From: Candidatus Hydrogenedentota bacterium
GTDB taxonomy: Bacteria; Hydrogenedentota; Hydrogenedentia; Hydrogenedentales; CAITNO01
DNA length: 64,000 nucleotides
Assembly: GCA_029776995.1 (NCBI GenBank)
Contig: JAKOTZ010000206.1
Coordinates: 168 to 64,167 of the forward strand
Direction: 5' to 3'
In this document: one piece after another, positions 39,653-49,160 of the stretch
Layout of the letters: every line of letters starts with the position of its first letter
How positions within the stretch are numbered: the stretch's first letter is position 1
Position numbers and translations under genes: made by a program
Notes under the pieces: generated by a model
Told to the model about the DNA's origin: nothing
Database searches by the model: none
The model's input: the letters and a program-made list of their open reading frames with translations, nothing else

Positions 39653-42430
39653 ATGCGCGTAATTAGAATGGATCGGCGGATGAAGGGCGGAGCTCTTTTC
39701 TCCGCGTTTGTTTTCCTTATGCTGGGATATGCCGGTGGCGTGACCGCCTGGACGGGGAACCTTCCGGTGGGTCCAGGCTTATGGCTTACCGCGGCCGCGC
39801 CGGCGCAGGGCGCGCAGAGCGAAACGGCTCCGGCGTCGTCGCCGCTCGCCGCGGACCCCAAAACGGCCGGCATGGAGGCTTATGAGAAGAATGACCTGAA
39901 AAAGGCGGCCCAGCTGCTGCGTGAAGCGGCCGCGCTGGATCCCAATGATATGGAAGTGGCCCGTCGGCTCGGTTTCGCCCTGAAAGAAACCGGCAATTAT
40001 GAAGAGGCGCTTGCCGTGCTGGAACGGGTAGTCGCCGCGGTTCCGGACGATTACTACCACTGGTGGTGGCTGTCGGACACGCAGCGCCTGCTGGGGCGGT
40101 ATGCCGAGTCTCTAAAAAGTATGGAACGGTCCGCGCGGCTGGCCTCGGCAGACCTGAGGGAAGAGCTGCAGGAATACGTGGACTACACCGCCCGCCTGGC
40201 CGCCACGGACAAAAGCTGGGAAAATGCCGCCGTGCACATGGATTTCGCGGAACGCCACCGGGCCAACCGGCGCGTGCGGCGGCAGATCGCCGAAATGATG
40301 ACCGCCCTGTCCCTGGCGCCGGAGGTTGCGCCTGATGATCGGGAAGGGCTGGGGCGCAGGGCGCACATCTGTCAGCAGCTGGGCATTCAGCATATATACA
40401 TTGAAGAACCGGAAGTGGCGGTGGACTGGTTTTCCGAGGCCGCAAAGCTCTCCGAGATGGGAGCTTTTCCCGGTGACCGGCTGCAGGCCCTCAAAGAATG
40501 GGCGGGCGCGCTTTGGGCCATGGCGCGGCAGCAGCTGGAACAGGCGGATTCGCTGCTGGAGCAGGCATCCGCTTTATATGCCACCGCGCTGGGGCTGGCT
40601 TTGGAAATAAAGGAGATTCCCCAGGAACGGCAGACCCGCGCGCTCCTGTTGCGGACCCGTGCCCGCCTGACGGCTTTTGATGATCCGGACTTTGTCGCGT
40701 TGCGGGAGCGCAATTTTATGGAAGTGCCCCGCAAGGGGCCGGTCAATGAGTTCTCCGTGGCGGAAGCCGTCGCGGTGGAAGCGGAGCTCCGCCTTGTGGA
40801 AGGCGACTTCGCGGGCGCCCGCATCCTGCTCGAGATGGCGATGCCCTACTTTGAGGAATCCACCTACCTGACCGATTACCACCGGTTTACCGAGCTTCAG
40901 CTTCAGCTGGCCCAGGCCTGGCTTCGCCTGTCCCAGCCGGCCGCTGCCTCGGAAAGCATTGAAAAAGCCCGAAAAAAAGCGGAAGAAGCGCGCGCCTTCA
41001 TTGATTACGACGCTTTCAACCGGGGACAGGGGGCGCTGCTGTTGCGGCGCATGGCGTGCGCCGGCGTGCGCGCCCTGGCGGCGGCAGGCTCCTCCGGGGA
41101 TATGCTGCTGACCGCGGCGGAACAGGGCGTGGAGCGCGCGGCATATTACCGCATGCGCGGCGTGCTGGCTGATGACGCTTCCCGAAGGGATATCGCCGCG
41201 GAGGCGGACGTTATCCGTATGCGGCTGCCCATGCTGGAGCAGCGGCTTCGGGACGCGGAAGAACGGGGCGATGCCCCTGAAGCGGAACGGCTACGGGCGC
41301 GCGTCGCGCGGGATCAGGACCGGCTCGCATGGCTGGACGGCATACCCGACGGGAATCTGTCCCTGTTGCGCGATTATCGGCCCGCGCCGGTATTGGGAGG
41401 GGACCGGTTTCGGAAATGCCTGGCCGGTAACACGGCAGTGTTGCACCTGCTCTCGGATGAGTATGGGACTGTGGCGGTAATTACCGGTAAAGAAGCTTCC
41501 GTCGCGATGGAATGCGTCCTGACAGACAGCGAAGCGGCCCGGCTGGCCGAACAAATCCGCAAGGGAGGGGATGCGGCATCCAAAGCGCTGGAGCGGCTTC
41601 GGACCGTGCTGCTTGCTCCGATAGTGGAACGGTTGCGGCAGTTGCCGGCGGATTTTCTGGTCGTATGCGCGGACATCGGGATTTCAGGGCTCCCTCTGGA
41701 GGTGCTGCTGGGTTCAGCTGATTCCGGAGGGCCCGCCATCAGGACCACCCGGCTGACCTACGCCAGCCAGCTCGATGCCGTTCCGGCCGTTTCCGGCCAA
41801 CTTTCCAGCATTGCGGTCGACGCAACTGCTGCGAACGCGCCCGAATTTTCGGATCTTCTCAGGATATGGAAAGACGCGCAGCGGACCGTGACGGATACGC
41901 CGGCCCCGGGCTCCGGGTTACTGCTCAGGGTTGTTCTGAACCAGCTGCCGCCGGATCCCCTTTACTGCCGACTGCGGTTCGGATCGGATGCCCCCCCCGC
42001 GGAGCTGACCGTGTCGCAGCTGCTGCGGGATAAACCGTGGCAGGCCGGGGAAATACTGATGGCCTGGGATGCCGCTGATGCCGCCCAATCCCGGCTGCGT
42101 CCGGAGCTGGCCATGCTGCTGTGGGAAGTGGCGAGGCTGTCGGGCGCTTCCGCGCTGCTGATGCCCGCATGGGCGCAGGATCCGCAGTGTGCTGCGGCGT
42201 TTTTTGCGGCACTCGCACAGCATCTGGATGCGGGTAGCTTTATCGAAGCAGTCGGCCGCGCCCGGGAAGATATGCGTCAAAGCCGGCCTGAGGATCCCGG
42301 CTGGATGGCTTTCACGTGCTGGGGTACGGCGGGACTGCCCCGCCCGGCTGAGGAACCGACCGCGAATCCGTCTGTCCCGGAGGCTGAATCCGCGGGGAAT
42401 GGCGGAGAGCCGTCGGCCGTTTCCCCCTGA
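39653..42430 (+). CDS. Exported TPR protein with degenerate C-terminal CHAT (caspase-like) domain
   Basis: Signal-like N-terminus and TPR repeats. CHAT scaffold motifs LSGLPLEVL-like, LTVSQL, SGASALLMPAW and PGWMAFTCWG; no HG or SAC catalytic motif. Confidence 0.72.
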   Translation: MRVIRMDRRMKGGALFSAFVFLMLGYAGGVTAWTGNLPVGPGLWLTAAAPAQGAQSETAPASSPLAADPKTAGMEAYEKNDLKKAAQLLREAAALDPNDMEVARRLGFALKETGNYEEALAVLERVVAAVPDDYYHWWWLSDTQRLLGRYAESLKSMERSARLASADLREELQEYVDYTARLAATDKSWENAAVHMDFAERHRANRRVRRQIAEMMTALSLAPEVAPDDREGLGRRAHICQQLGIQHIYIEEPEVAVDWFSEAAKLSEMGAFPGDRLQALKEWAGALWAMARQQLEQADSLLEQASALYATALGLALEIKEIPQERQTRALLLRTRARLTAFDDPDFVALRERNFMEVPRKGPVNEFSVAEAVAVEAELRLVEGDFAGARILLEMAMPYFEESTYLTDYHRFTELQLQLAQAWLRLSQPAAASESIEKARKKAEEARAFIDYDAFNRGQGALLLRRMACAGVRALAAAGSSGDMLLTAAEQGVERAAYYRMRGVLADDASRRDIAAEADVIRMRLPMLEQRLRDAEERGDAPEAERLRARVARDQDRLAWLDGIPDGNLSLLRDYRPAPVLGGDRFRKCLAGNTAVLHLLSDEYGTVAVITGKEASVAMECVLTDSEAARLAEQIRKGGDAASKALERLRTVLLAPIVERLRQLPADFLVVCADIGISGLPLEVLLGSADSGGPAIRTTRLTYASQLDAVPAVSGQLSSIAVDATAANAPEFSDLLRIWKDAQRTVTDTPAPGSGLLLRVVLNQLPPDPLYCRLRFGSDAPPAELTVSQLLRDKPWQAGEILMAWDAADAAQSRLRPELAMLLWEVARLSGASALLMPAWAQDPQCAAAFFAALAQHLDAGSFIEAVGRAREDMRQSRPEDPGWMAFTCWGTAGLPRPAEEPTANPSVPEAESAGNGGEPSAVSP

Positions 42431-42451
42431 AACGGATGGACTGATACAGGC

Positions 42452-42895
42452 ATGCCCCGTTTTCCGGTTACACCGATCAAACAGCAGGAGTTAGAGGATC
42501 GCATGGCCGCCTGCGGCATCCGGGAGAGCGATCTCGAGGAACAGTTCATTGCCGCGCGCGGTCCCGGCGGCCAGAAGGTGAACCATACCGCAACCGGCGT
42601 GCGGATTCGACATGTGCCCTCAGGTCTTGAAGTAAAATGGGATCGGGAACGGTCCCAGGGACTGAACCGGTTCTTTGCCCGGCGCCGGCTGTGTGAACTG
42701 CTGGAATCCATGCGCCAGGGCAGGGAAGCGCCGGCCGCGCGGCGCGCTGAAAAAATCAGGCGTCAGAAAAACCGCCGCGCCCGGCGTTCCAAATCCCGGC
42801 AGGCCGGCGCGGACCGTGAAAATGCTGGCCGGATAGCAACCGGGATTGACGGGGAGGCGTCAGCAGTGATGGACCCTAAGGAGATCGAACGGTGA
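42452..42895 (+). CDS. ArfB/YaeJ-like peptidyl-tRNA hydrolase (RF-1 domain, GGQ)
   Basis: GPGGQKVN, HVPSG, RSQGLNR and an Arg/Lys-rich C-terminal tail. Confidence 0.88.
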   Translation: MPRFPVTPIKQQELEDRMAACGIRESDLEEQFIAARGPGGQKVNHTATGVRIRHVPSGLEVKWDRERSQGLNRFFARRRLCELLESMRQGREAPAARRAEKIRRQKNRRARRSKSRQAGADRENAGRIATGIDGEASAVMDPKEIER

Positions 42896-44271
42896 ATCAG
42901 CGTTTTTTGTTTCTGCCCAGGCTCGGATGCCGGCTGGCGTGCGCAGGTCTGGTGTTTGGGGTTCTGGCGGGATGCGCCACGCTGGGACAGCCTGAACGGG
43001 CCGTACTGCGGGCACGGGAGCAGGTTTCGCCCGCGTTGGTGCATATCCGGCCGGTCAAGGAAGTGTTTCAGACCGGGAAACGCACCGAAATGCTGGCGGT
43101 CGGAAGCGGTTTCATCATTTCGCCGGACGGGTACGTGGTCACGAATGAGCACGTCGCGGGAGACAGCACTTCCGTGCAGTGCGTGCTGAGTGACAACCGT
43201 GAGCTGGATGCCCAGGTGGTGGGCGCTGACCCCGATACGGACATTGCCGTCCTCAAACTTCAGGGGGACGCGCCGTTTCCCTACGTTAAATGGGGACGTT
43301 CGGACACGGTGCAGGCCGGCCAGGTGGCCTTGGCGTTCGGGAGTCCGCATGGGCTGTCCCGGTCGGTTTCCATGGGCATTATCAGCATGACAGACCGAAA
43401 TCTCGATGATGAGGGCGCGTCTCCTGCCCCCTACAATAATTTCATTCAGACTGACGCGGCCATCAACCCCGGCAACAGCGGGGGGCCTCTGGTGAATATC
43501 CGCGGTGAGGTGATCGGGGTGAACGCCCGCATGCTGCGCGGCGCCGAAAACGTAGGGTTTGCCATTCCGGCGGACATCGCGCGCGCCGTGGTTGAGGCCA
43601 TCATCCGCGACGGGCGGGTGCGGCGCAGTTACTTTGGTTTTGAGCTGCAGGAGATGACCGCCAGAAGCATCGATCCCGGGAAACGGGGCGTGCTGATCGC
43701 GGGGGTGGACCGATTTTCTCCCGCCGCGGAGGTGGATATCCGCCCGGGCGATGTCCTGACTGCGGTCAATGGTATACCGGTCAATGCCCGGTGGCGGGAG
43801 GACCTGCCCGCCGTGCGGCGCCTGATGGCCGAACTGCCGGTGGGAGAGCCGGCCCGGCTGACCATTGAACGCAATGGCGAACAGCGGGATGTGGATGTGG
43901 TGCCTGAAGAGAAAACAGCGGCGCGGGGCAAACAGGAAGCCTTTGAGGCGTGGGGGCTCAGCGTGGCGGAGGTTACCCAGGAAGTGGCGCGCCGCGCCCA
44001 GCTACCCAGACCGGCCGGCGTGCTGGTAATCGGTGTTTCACCCGGAGCGCCTGCCGGATGGGCGGGGCTTCAACCGGGGGATATCATCCTGACCATGGAC
44101 GGCGAAACCGTTGTGGATTTTGCCGTCTTCAGGAAGCTGTACGATCAGCGGATCCAGGAGAATCGCCGCCAGATCATGCTGTTCGTGCAGCGGGGCGCCT
44201 TGACCCGTTTTGTTCTGATTAACCTGGAACAGGCTCCCGCAGAGCAGGAGGAGGCGCGCGGCCATGAATAA
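42892..44271 (+). CDS. HtrA/DegP-family serine protease, lipoprotein, two PDZ domains
   Basis: Lipobox LAGC; TNEHV, DTDIAVL, QTDAAINPGNSGGPL. Confidence 0.93.
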   Translation: MNQRFLFLPRLGCRLACAGLVFGVLAGCATLGQPERAVLRAREQVSPALVHIRPVKEVFQTGKRTEMLAVGSGFIISPDGYVVTNEHVAGDSTSVQCVLSDNRELDAQVVGADPDTDIAVLKLQGDAPFPYVKWGRSDTVQAGQVALAFGSPHGLSRSVSMGIISMTDRNLDDEGASPAPYNNFIQTDAAINPGNSGGPLVNIRGEVIGVNARMLRGAENVGFAIPADIARAVVEAIIRDGRVRRSYFGFELQEMTARSIDPGKRGVLIAGVDRFSPAAEVDIRPGDVLTAVNGIPVNARWREDLPAVRRLMAELPVGEPARLTIERNGEQRDVDVVPEEKTAARGKQEAFEAWGLSVAEVTQEVARRAQLPRPAGVLVIGVSPGAPAGWAGLQPGDIILTMDGETVVDFAVFRKLYDQRIQENRRQIMLFVQRGALTRFVLINLEQAPAEQEEARGHE

Positions 44272-45676
44272 TCAATCCCGGTTAAGCCGAAAAGCATATG
44301 GATGCCTCGGGCTTCTGGCCATACTGTTCGCCGCGCCGCGGGTCGCGTCGGCGGAAGCGTTTCCCGCGCCGGTCATCCGCCAGGCGTACAACCAGTGGGC
44401 CCGCGCGCTGTGTCTCGTGACCTTTTCCCAGGAGCTTACCGATCCGCGTTCCGGTGAATCCCGCCGGCGCGAAGGTACCGCGTTGGGGTTGCTGGTTCGG
44501 TCGGACGGCCTGGTGATTACCCATGGCCACCTGCAGACGGACACCAGCCGGATCACGGACGCGCGGATCCGACTGGAATCCGACGGAAAAACGGATGAGT
44601 TGCCGGCGGTGGTGCTTGGAAAACCTGATGATTTGAACCTGCTGTTTCTGCAGGCGCAGGCGCCTGAAAAGAAAACTTTTCCAGCGGTGTCTTTTGCCGA
44701 TGTGCCACTGCAGCTGGGCGATCCGGTCCTGGTGCTGGGACGCATGAGCGAAACGGTTGACTATGTGCCCGGCGTGGTACTGGATCATATTGCCGCCGTG
44801 GTGGATACGCCGCGCACGGCCTACTGTCTTGCCGGCGGCCTGAAAATGGGATTTTTGTCCGGACCGGTGCTGAATATCCGCGGCGAAGTGGTCGGCGTGA
44901 CGGGCATTGAACTGAGTGAAGAAGAAGGGGGAGGACTGTATTCCCGAAGCGGTGTTCCCATGGTATTTCAGACGGCCCTGCTGGCGCCCTATATTGCCTC
45001 TCCGCCCAGGAGCGGGGCCGGGGAGCCCAAGGTTTCCGGAGAAGAGGCCTGGCTGGGGGTCTTTACGCAGCCGCTGAAACCCGAGTTTGCGGCATACTGG
45101 GGATTGCCGGAAGCCGGGGGTCTGATCGTCAGCACGGTGGTACCGGATTCTCCCGCTGCCCAGGCCGGCATACAGCCTGGTGACATCATCAAATCCTTTG
45201 ACGGCAAACCGCAGCGGGCGACGCAGGATCGGGAAGTGCTGAATTTTTCCAGGCTGGTTCGCGACACCGGCCCCGGAAAAACGGTCCGGATTGAACTGCT
45301 CCGGAACGGTCAGCCGCTGACGCTGGAGGTTACCCTGACGACCCGGCCCCAGTCCGCGCAGGATGCCGAGGAGTATGAAGAAAACGTCCTGGGGCTTACG
45401 GTCCGCGAGCTCACTCGGGATATCCGCATTGCCCTGAATATCGCCGAAGATGTTCAGGGAGTCATTGTCCGCCGCGTGGCATCTGGAAGTCCGGCCCAGG
45501 CCGCGAAAATGCGTCCGGGAGTTATCATCATGGCGGTAGGAGACTACACCGTCACCAATCTTGAAGAATATCGACAGGCCATCGAAAAACTTCGGGAAAC
45601 CAGGCCGGCTGAAGTGCCCCTGTTCGCCAGGGTTGGATCGGCCACCGGATTCTTCCGGGTGCGTCCGCGGTGGTAA
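44264..45676 (+). CDS. HtrA-like protein with degenerate catalytic triad and two PDZ domains
   Basis: Signal peptide; ITHGHL, DLNLLFL, and GFLSGPV in place of GNSGGPL; PDZ motifs WLGV, SPAAQAGIQPGDII. Confidence 0.85.
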   Translation: MNNQSRLSRKAYGCLGLLAILFAAPRVASAEAFPAPVIRQAYNQWARALCLVTFSQELTDPRSGESRRREGTALGLLVRSDGLVITHGHLQTDTSRITDARIRLESDGKTDELPAVVLGKPDDLNLLFLQAQAPEKKTFPAVSFADVPLQLGDPVLVLGRMSETVDYVPGVVLDHIAAVVDTPRTAYCLAGGLKMGFLSGPVLNIRGEVVGVTGIELSEEEGGGLYSRSGVPMVFQTALLAPYIASPPRSGAGEPKVSGEEAWLGVFTQPLKPEFAAYWGLPEAGGLIVSTVVPDSPAAQAGIQPGDIIKSFDGKPQRATQDREVLNFSRLVRDTGPGKTVRIELLRNGQPLTLEVTLTTRPQSAQDAEEYEENVLGLTVRELTRDIRIALNIAEDVQGVIVRRVASGSPAQAAKMRPGVIIMAVGDYTVTNLEEYRQAIEKLRETRPAEVPLFARVGSATGFFRVRPRW

Positions 45677-46248
45677 CGCCATTGCTTTTCAGTGGCGCCA
45701 GACGGGGGATTGCCGCAGCCGTGGCGGGGATGCTGGCCGTGTTGCTGCTGCCGGCCTGTTCCGGGCAGGACGACCAGCTCCGCCGGCGTTTTGAGGCAGC
45801 CTGGGCCGCCTGCCTGGGGGGAGAATGCGCCGCCCAGGAAAAAATAGCGCGGGAATGGCTGTGCCGGCATCCGTCCAGCGTGGCGGGGCATTATCTGCTG
45901 GGGAAGAGCTATCTGCACCGCCCCGACGCCAACACCACGATTGCCAAGGGCGAATTCGAAACGGCGCTCATGCTGCTGGATGAAGGTATCCAACCGGACC
46001 TGCCGGAAAACGCCCCTCTTTCCGAGGATATCCGCGCGGTTCTCCACCGGGATACCGCGCTCGCCCTCATGCGCGCGCTGTACGATGGCGCGGCGCTGGT
46101 GCCGGATGCCGTGGCACTGCCCGTAGCGGAGCTGGCGCTGCGGCACGTGCGTGCAGGGCTGAAATATAACCCGCAGTCCGCCTACCTTCGGGAGATGGAA
46201 ACCGCCCTGATGGACATTCTGATGCCGTCGGGCCGGGTTGGCGTCTGA
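45670..46248 (+). CDS. TPR-like helical lipoprotein
   Basis: Lipobox LPAC; GHYLLGKSYL and ALRHVRAGLKYNP; start codon uncertain. Confidence 0.65.
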   Translation: MVTPLLFSGARRGIAAAVAGMLAVLLLPACSGQDDQLRRRFEAAWAACLGGECAAQEKIAREWLCRHPSSVAGHYLLGKSYLHRPDANTTIAKGEFETALMLLDEGIQPDLPENAPLSEDIRAVLHRDTALALMRALYDGAALVPDAVALPVAELALRHVRAGLKYNPQSAYLREMETALMDILMPSGRVGV

Positions 46249-46250
46249 AT

Positions 46251-46727
46251 TCAGCCGACCGACAGGGCAAGGTCCAGCACGAACCGGTCTCCCTGTTCTG
46301 TTTCGTACAGCAGATTCAGGCAGGGCGTATCCTGTCGTCGGTACACTTCATGGCCCGCGCCGGTAATGATGGTGGGCAGCGTGATGTCAAATTTATAGGG
46401 GGTGTGCTGCAACAGGGCTTTGGCGCGTCCGGCGGTCATGTTCACCAGTTCGCCCGCGCCGTCCCGGATATCGGTTTCGCTCACGGGCGCGTTTTCTTCC
46501 ATCCCCAGCATCCGGCAGACCAGGCGGCGGACCAGGTCGCCAGGCATGGACAGCGCGCAGGTTCCTTTTACTGGCCCGGACAATCCGATGATCGCGCTGA
46601 CATCCCCGTACATGGCGTGACCGTCCTTGATCCACGCGTCCACGCGTACCGCCCGCACTCCCGCCATGGACTGCAGCGTGTCCTTTACCCCCTGGTCAAA
46701 CTGCTGAACAATGGATGCGGGAACCAT
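46251..46727 (-). CDS. cheX: CheX-family chemotaxis phosphatase
   Basis: VSAIIGLSG, GELVNMTAG (ExxN motif), ITLPTII. Confidence 0.85.
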   Translation of the reverse strand: MVPASIVQQFDQGVKDTLQSMAGVRAVRVDAWIKDGHAMYGDVSAIIGLSGPVKGTCALSMPGDLVRRLVCRMLGMEENAPVSETDIRDGAGELVNMTAGRAKALLQHTPYKFDITLPTIITGAGHEVYRRQDTPCLNLLYETEQGDRFVLDLALSVG

Positions 46728-46739
46728 ATCCTGGGCCGC

Positions 46740-47562
46740 TCAGCTGAAATCCGGTTGGATAGTGGACAGGCCCAGCACCGTGTCGAGCATGCCCAGTTTC
46801 TGGTAACGGAACCGTTCGGCGGCCTGCAGCCCGCGCGCCGCGCCGGTCTCGGCGCAGTAATTCCGCACGCCCATCTCGATCAGGTCGCGGTACCGGCCGC
46901 TTTCCACCACGTCATCCAGGCCCAGGTCTGCGCCTGCCGCGCGCGCCTCCATAGCCAGCGCGTCGGCGGTGAGCACCATCTGACAGTCGTGGGCCAGCAG
47001 CGCGGAAATCTTTTTGTCCATCACCGACGATATGTCCACCAGCAGATCGGCGTCCGCCGTGGGATGTTTGGCAAACCAGTACGCCTCGGTAACCGCGCAG
47101 GGGGGATGGGCGTGATCGGGGTAGAACCGGGGATTGCCGGCGAAGGAGGCAGCCTCCAGGGTGGCCATGGCCACGCACCGGTGATCCGGATGGTCTTCTC
47201 CGGGGGCGAAAGGATCCCAGCTCATCACCACGTCCGCGCGCACTTCCCGGATCTTCGCCATAATCTTGCCCCGAAGCACAGCCGGATTCACCTGATCCAG
47301 CTTGCCGTCGGGATACCGCTCAAAAAAAAACGTCCCGGATGCCCAGTATCTCCGCCGCGCGGCGCGCCTCCGCCTCCGATATGGGAATGATTTCTTCGGG
47401 GCTCAGCCGGTACGACCCTTTTGAATTATCCGTCAGGATATACTCGTAAACCGTGTGGCCCTTTTCACCGGCCAGCCTTGCCACGGTTCCTCCCGCCATG
47501 AATTCCAGGTCATCGGCATGGGCCACAACAGCAAGAATTACTTTTGTGCGGGGAGCAGGCAT
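46740..47562 (-). pseudogene. PIG-L/LmbE-family deacetylase split by a frameshift in a T9 run at 47322-47330
   Basis: The upstream ORF has AHADD and the downstream ORF has DHPDH. Removing one T gives the continuous sequence VFFERYPDGKLDQVNPAVL. Confidence 0.8.
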
Positions 47563-47595
47563 AACCGGATCTCCATTCAATACGTTTGGGACAAA

Positions 47596-47853
47596 TCACT
47601 TCAGCTGTGCCAGGGGAATACCTTCATCAATCAGCATCACCGGGATATCATCCCGAACCGCATACGCGATGGTTCCGTCTTCCCGTACCAGCAGTTCGTG
47701 CACCGGTTCTTCCACCGCCTGTCCGGCGCGGTTTTTGAGGGCGCCCGCGGCGATTGCCGCGTTAACTTTCTCCACCAGTTCCGCGTCCGCGCGGCGGACA
47801 GGCTGCCGGCTTTCCGGACACACCAGAATTTTCAGAAGTTCATCGCTGACCAT
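47596..47853 (-). CDS. Trm112-like (UPF0434) protein
   Basis: LLKILVCPE...YAVRDDIPVMLIDE. Confidence 0.88.
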   Translation of the reverse strand: MVSDELLKILVCPESRQPVRRADAELVEKVNAAIAAGALKNRAGQAVEEPVHELLVREDGTIAYAVRDDIPVMLIDEGIPLAQLK

Positions 47854-47941
47854 AATTCAACCATCTCCAGAAAAAGAGCTTCGTCGCTCCACGCTCGGGA
47901 AGAACGTTTTCAGGCAGGAATCATCGTACCACATCAAAAGC

Positions 47942-49102
47942 TCACGGCGGCGTGATTTTCCCCAAAACCACGCGGTGGCGCGCGCCGGTGGCCTGCGGCA
48001 CGTTCTGCGGCGTGCCGCACAGGGTTTCATTGCCAAGAATGGCGAAGGCGATGGCTTCCCGCGCGTCATAAGATATGCCTACGCGGTCGCTGATAAAGAT
48101 TTTTACGTCCGGCAGAGACCGCCGCAGGCCGAGCATGATGGCGTTGTTCATGGCGCCGCCTCCGCCGACGATCATGTAATCGATTTCGTATTTCGGCGCC
48201 ACGTAGCGTTTGTAAGCGTCGGCAATGCTTTGTACCACCGCCTGGGTTACGGTTGCCACCAGGTCTTCATAGGCATGTTCCCGGCGGTTGGCCAGGGCGT
48301 CCCGCAAATATACGTCAACGCCGAAACGTTCCCGTCCCGTGCTCTTGGGAGGATCTTTCAGGAAGTAGCTGTCGCTGAGCAGGTATTCCAGGAATTCCGG
48401 AATGACCTTACCGCGCAGCGCGGCCTCGCCGTTCTCGTCGTACATCCGCGTTCCCCGCGAAAGCAGCCGCACCGCGCCGTCAATGATAATGTTTCCCGGC
48501 CCTGTATCAAAGGCCAGGATATCTTCGAAATTCGGGGTGACCACCGTGAGGTTGGCAATGCCGCCAATATTCAGGCAGACCGTCGTGCGGCCCTCGCGGC
48601 GGAACAGCAGCCAGTCCGCGTAGGTGACCAGCGGCGCGCCCTGGCCTCCGGCCGCCATGTCCCGGGGACGGAAATCCGACACCACAATGCATCCGGTCCG
48701 CTCGGCAATTACCGCCGGTTCTCCGATCTGCAGCGTGCCGATGTGGTCGGTCCCCGCGCCGGGCGGGAAATGGGCGATGGTGTGGCCGTGGGACGCGATA
48801 AAATCCACTTCCACCCCCTCATCTTCGGCGATATCTTTCAGCACCAGCGCCGCCTCGGCCAGGCGTTCTCCCAGGGCAAAATTGAGCAGACATACGTCCC
48901 GGGCGGTCATATGTTCCGTCAGCAGCAGGTTCCGGAAATCCGCCTCATAAGGAAAGGTCTGATGGGCAATTACTTTGATGACCAGGCCGGGACCAGTGCC
49001 CTTGATCCGTACCAGCGCGGCATCTACGCCGTCGCACGAGGATCCTGACATCAGCCCGATCCCAAACCGGGCGCGTTTGGCGCGAATTTCCTCAAGGTTC
49101 AT
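47942..49102 (-). CDS. anmK: Anhydro-N-acetylmuramic acid kinase
   Basis: IGLMSGSSCDGVD, SHGHT, DMAAGGQGAPL, LNIGGIAN, FDTGPGN, PPKSTGRE. Confidence 0.95.
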   Translation of the reverse strand: MNLEEIRAKRARFGIGLMSGSSCDGVDAALVRIKGTGPGLVIKVIAHQTFPYEADFRNLLLTEHMTARDVCLLNFALGERLAEAALVLKDIAEDEGVEVDFIASHGHTIAHFPPGAGTDHIGTLQIGEPAVIAERTGCIVVSDFRPRDMAAGGQGAPLVTYADWLLFRREGRTTVCLNIGGIANLTVVTPNFEDILAFDTGPGNIIIDGAVRLLSRGTRMYDENGEAALRGKVIPEFLEYLLSDSYFLKDPPKSTGRERFGVDVYLRDALANRREHAYEDLVATVTQAVVQSIADAYKRYVAPKYEIDYMIVGGGGAMNNAIMLGLRRSLPDVKIFISDRVGISYDAREAIAFAILGNETLCGTPQNVPQATGARHRVVLGKITPP

Positions 49103-49160
49103 GTCATGCTCTCCGGACCTGTGGATTTCCCGATCCCGGGAAACCCAATCCCCACACTCA

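Noticed and set aside
39653-42430. Craspase or anti-phage TPR-CHAT defence system
   Set aside because: No cas genes, CRISPR array or gasdermin-like partner; catalytic dyad absent and the protein appears exported.
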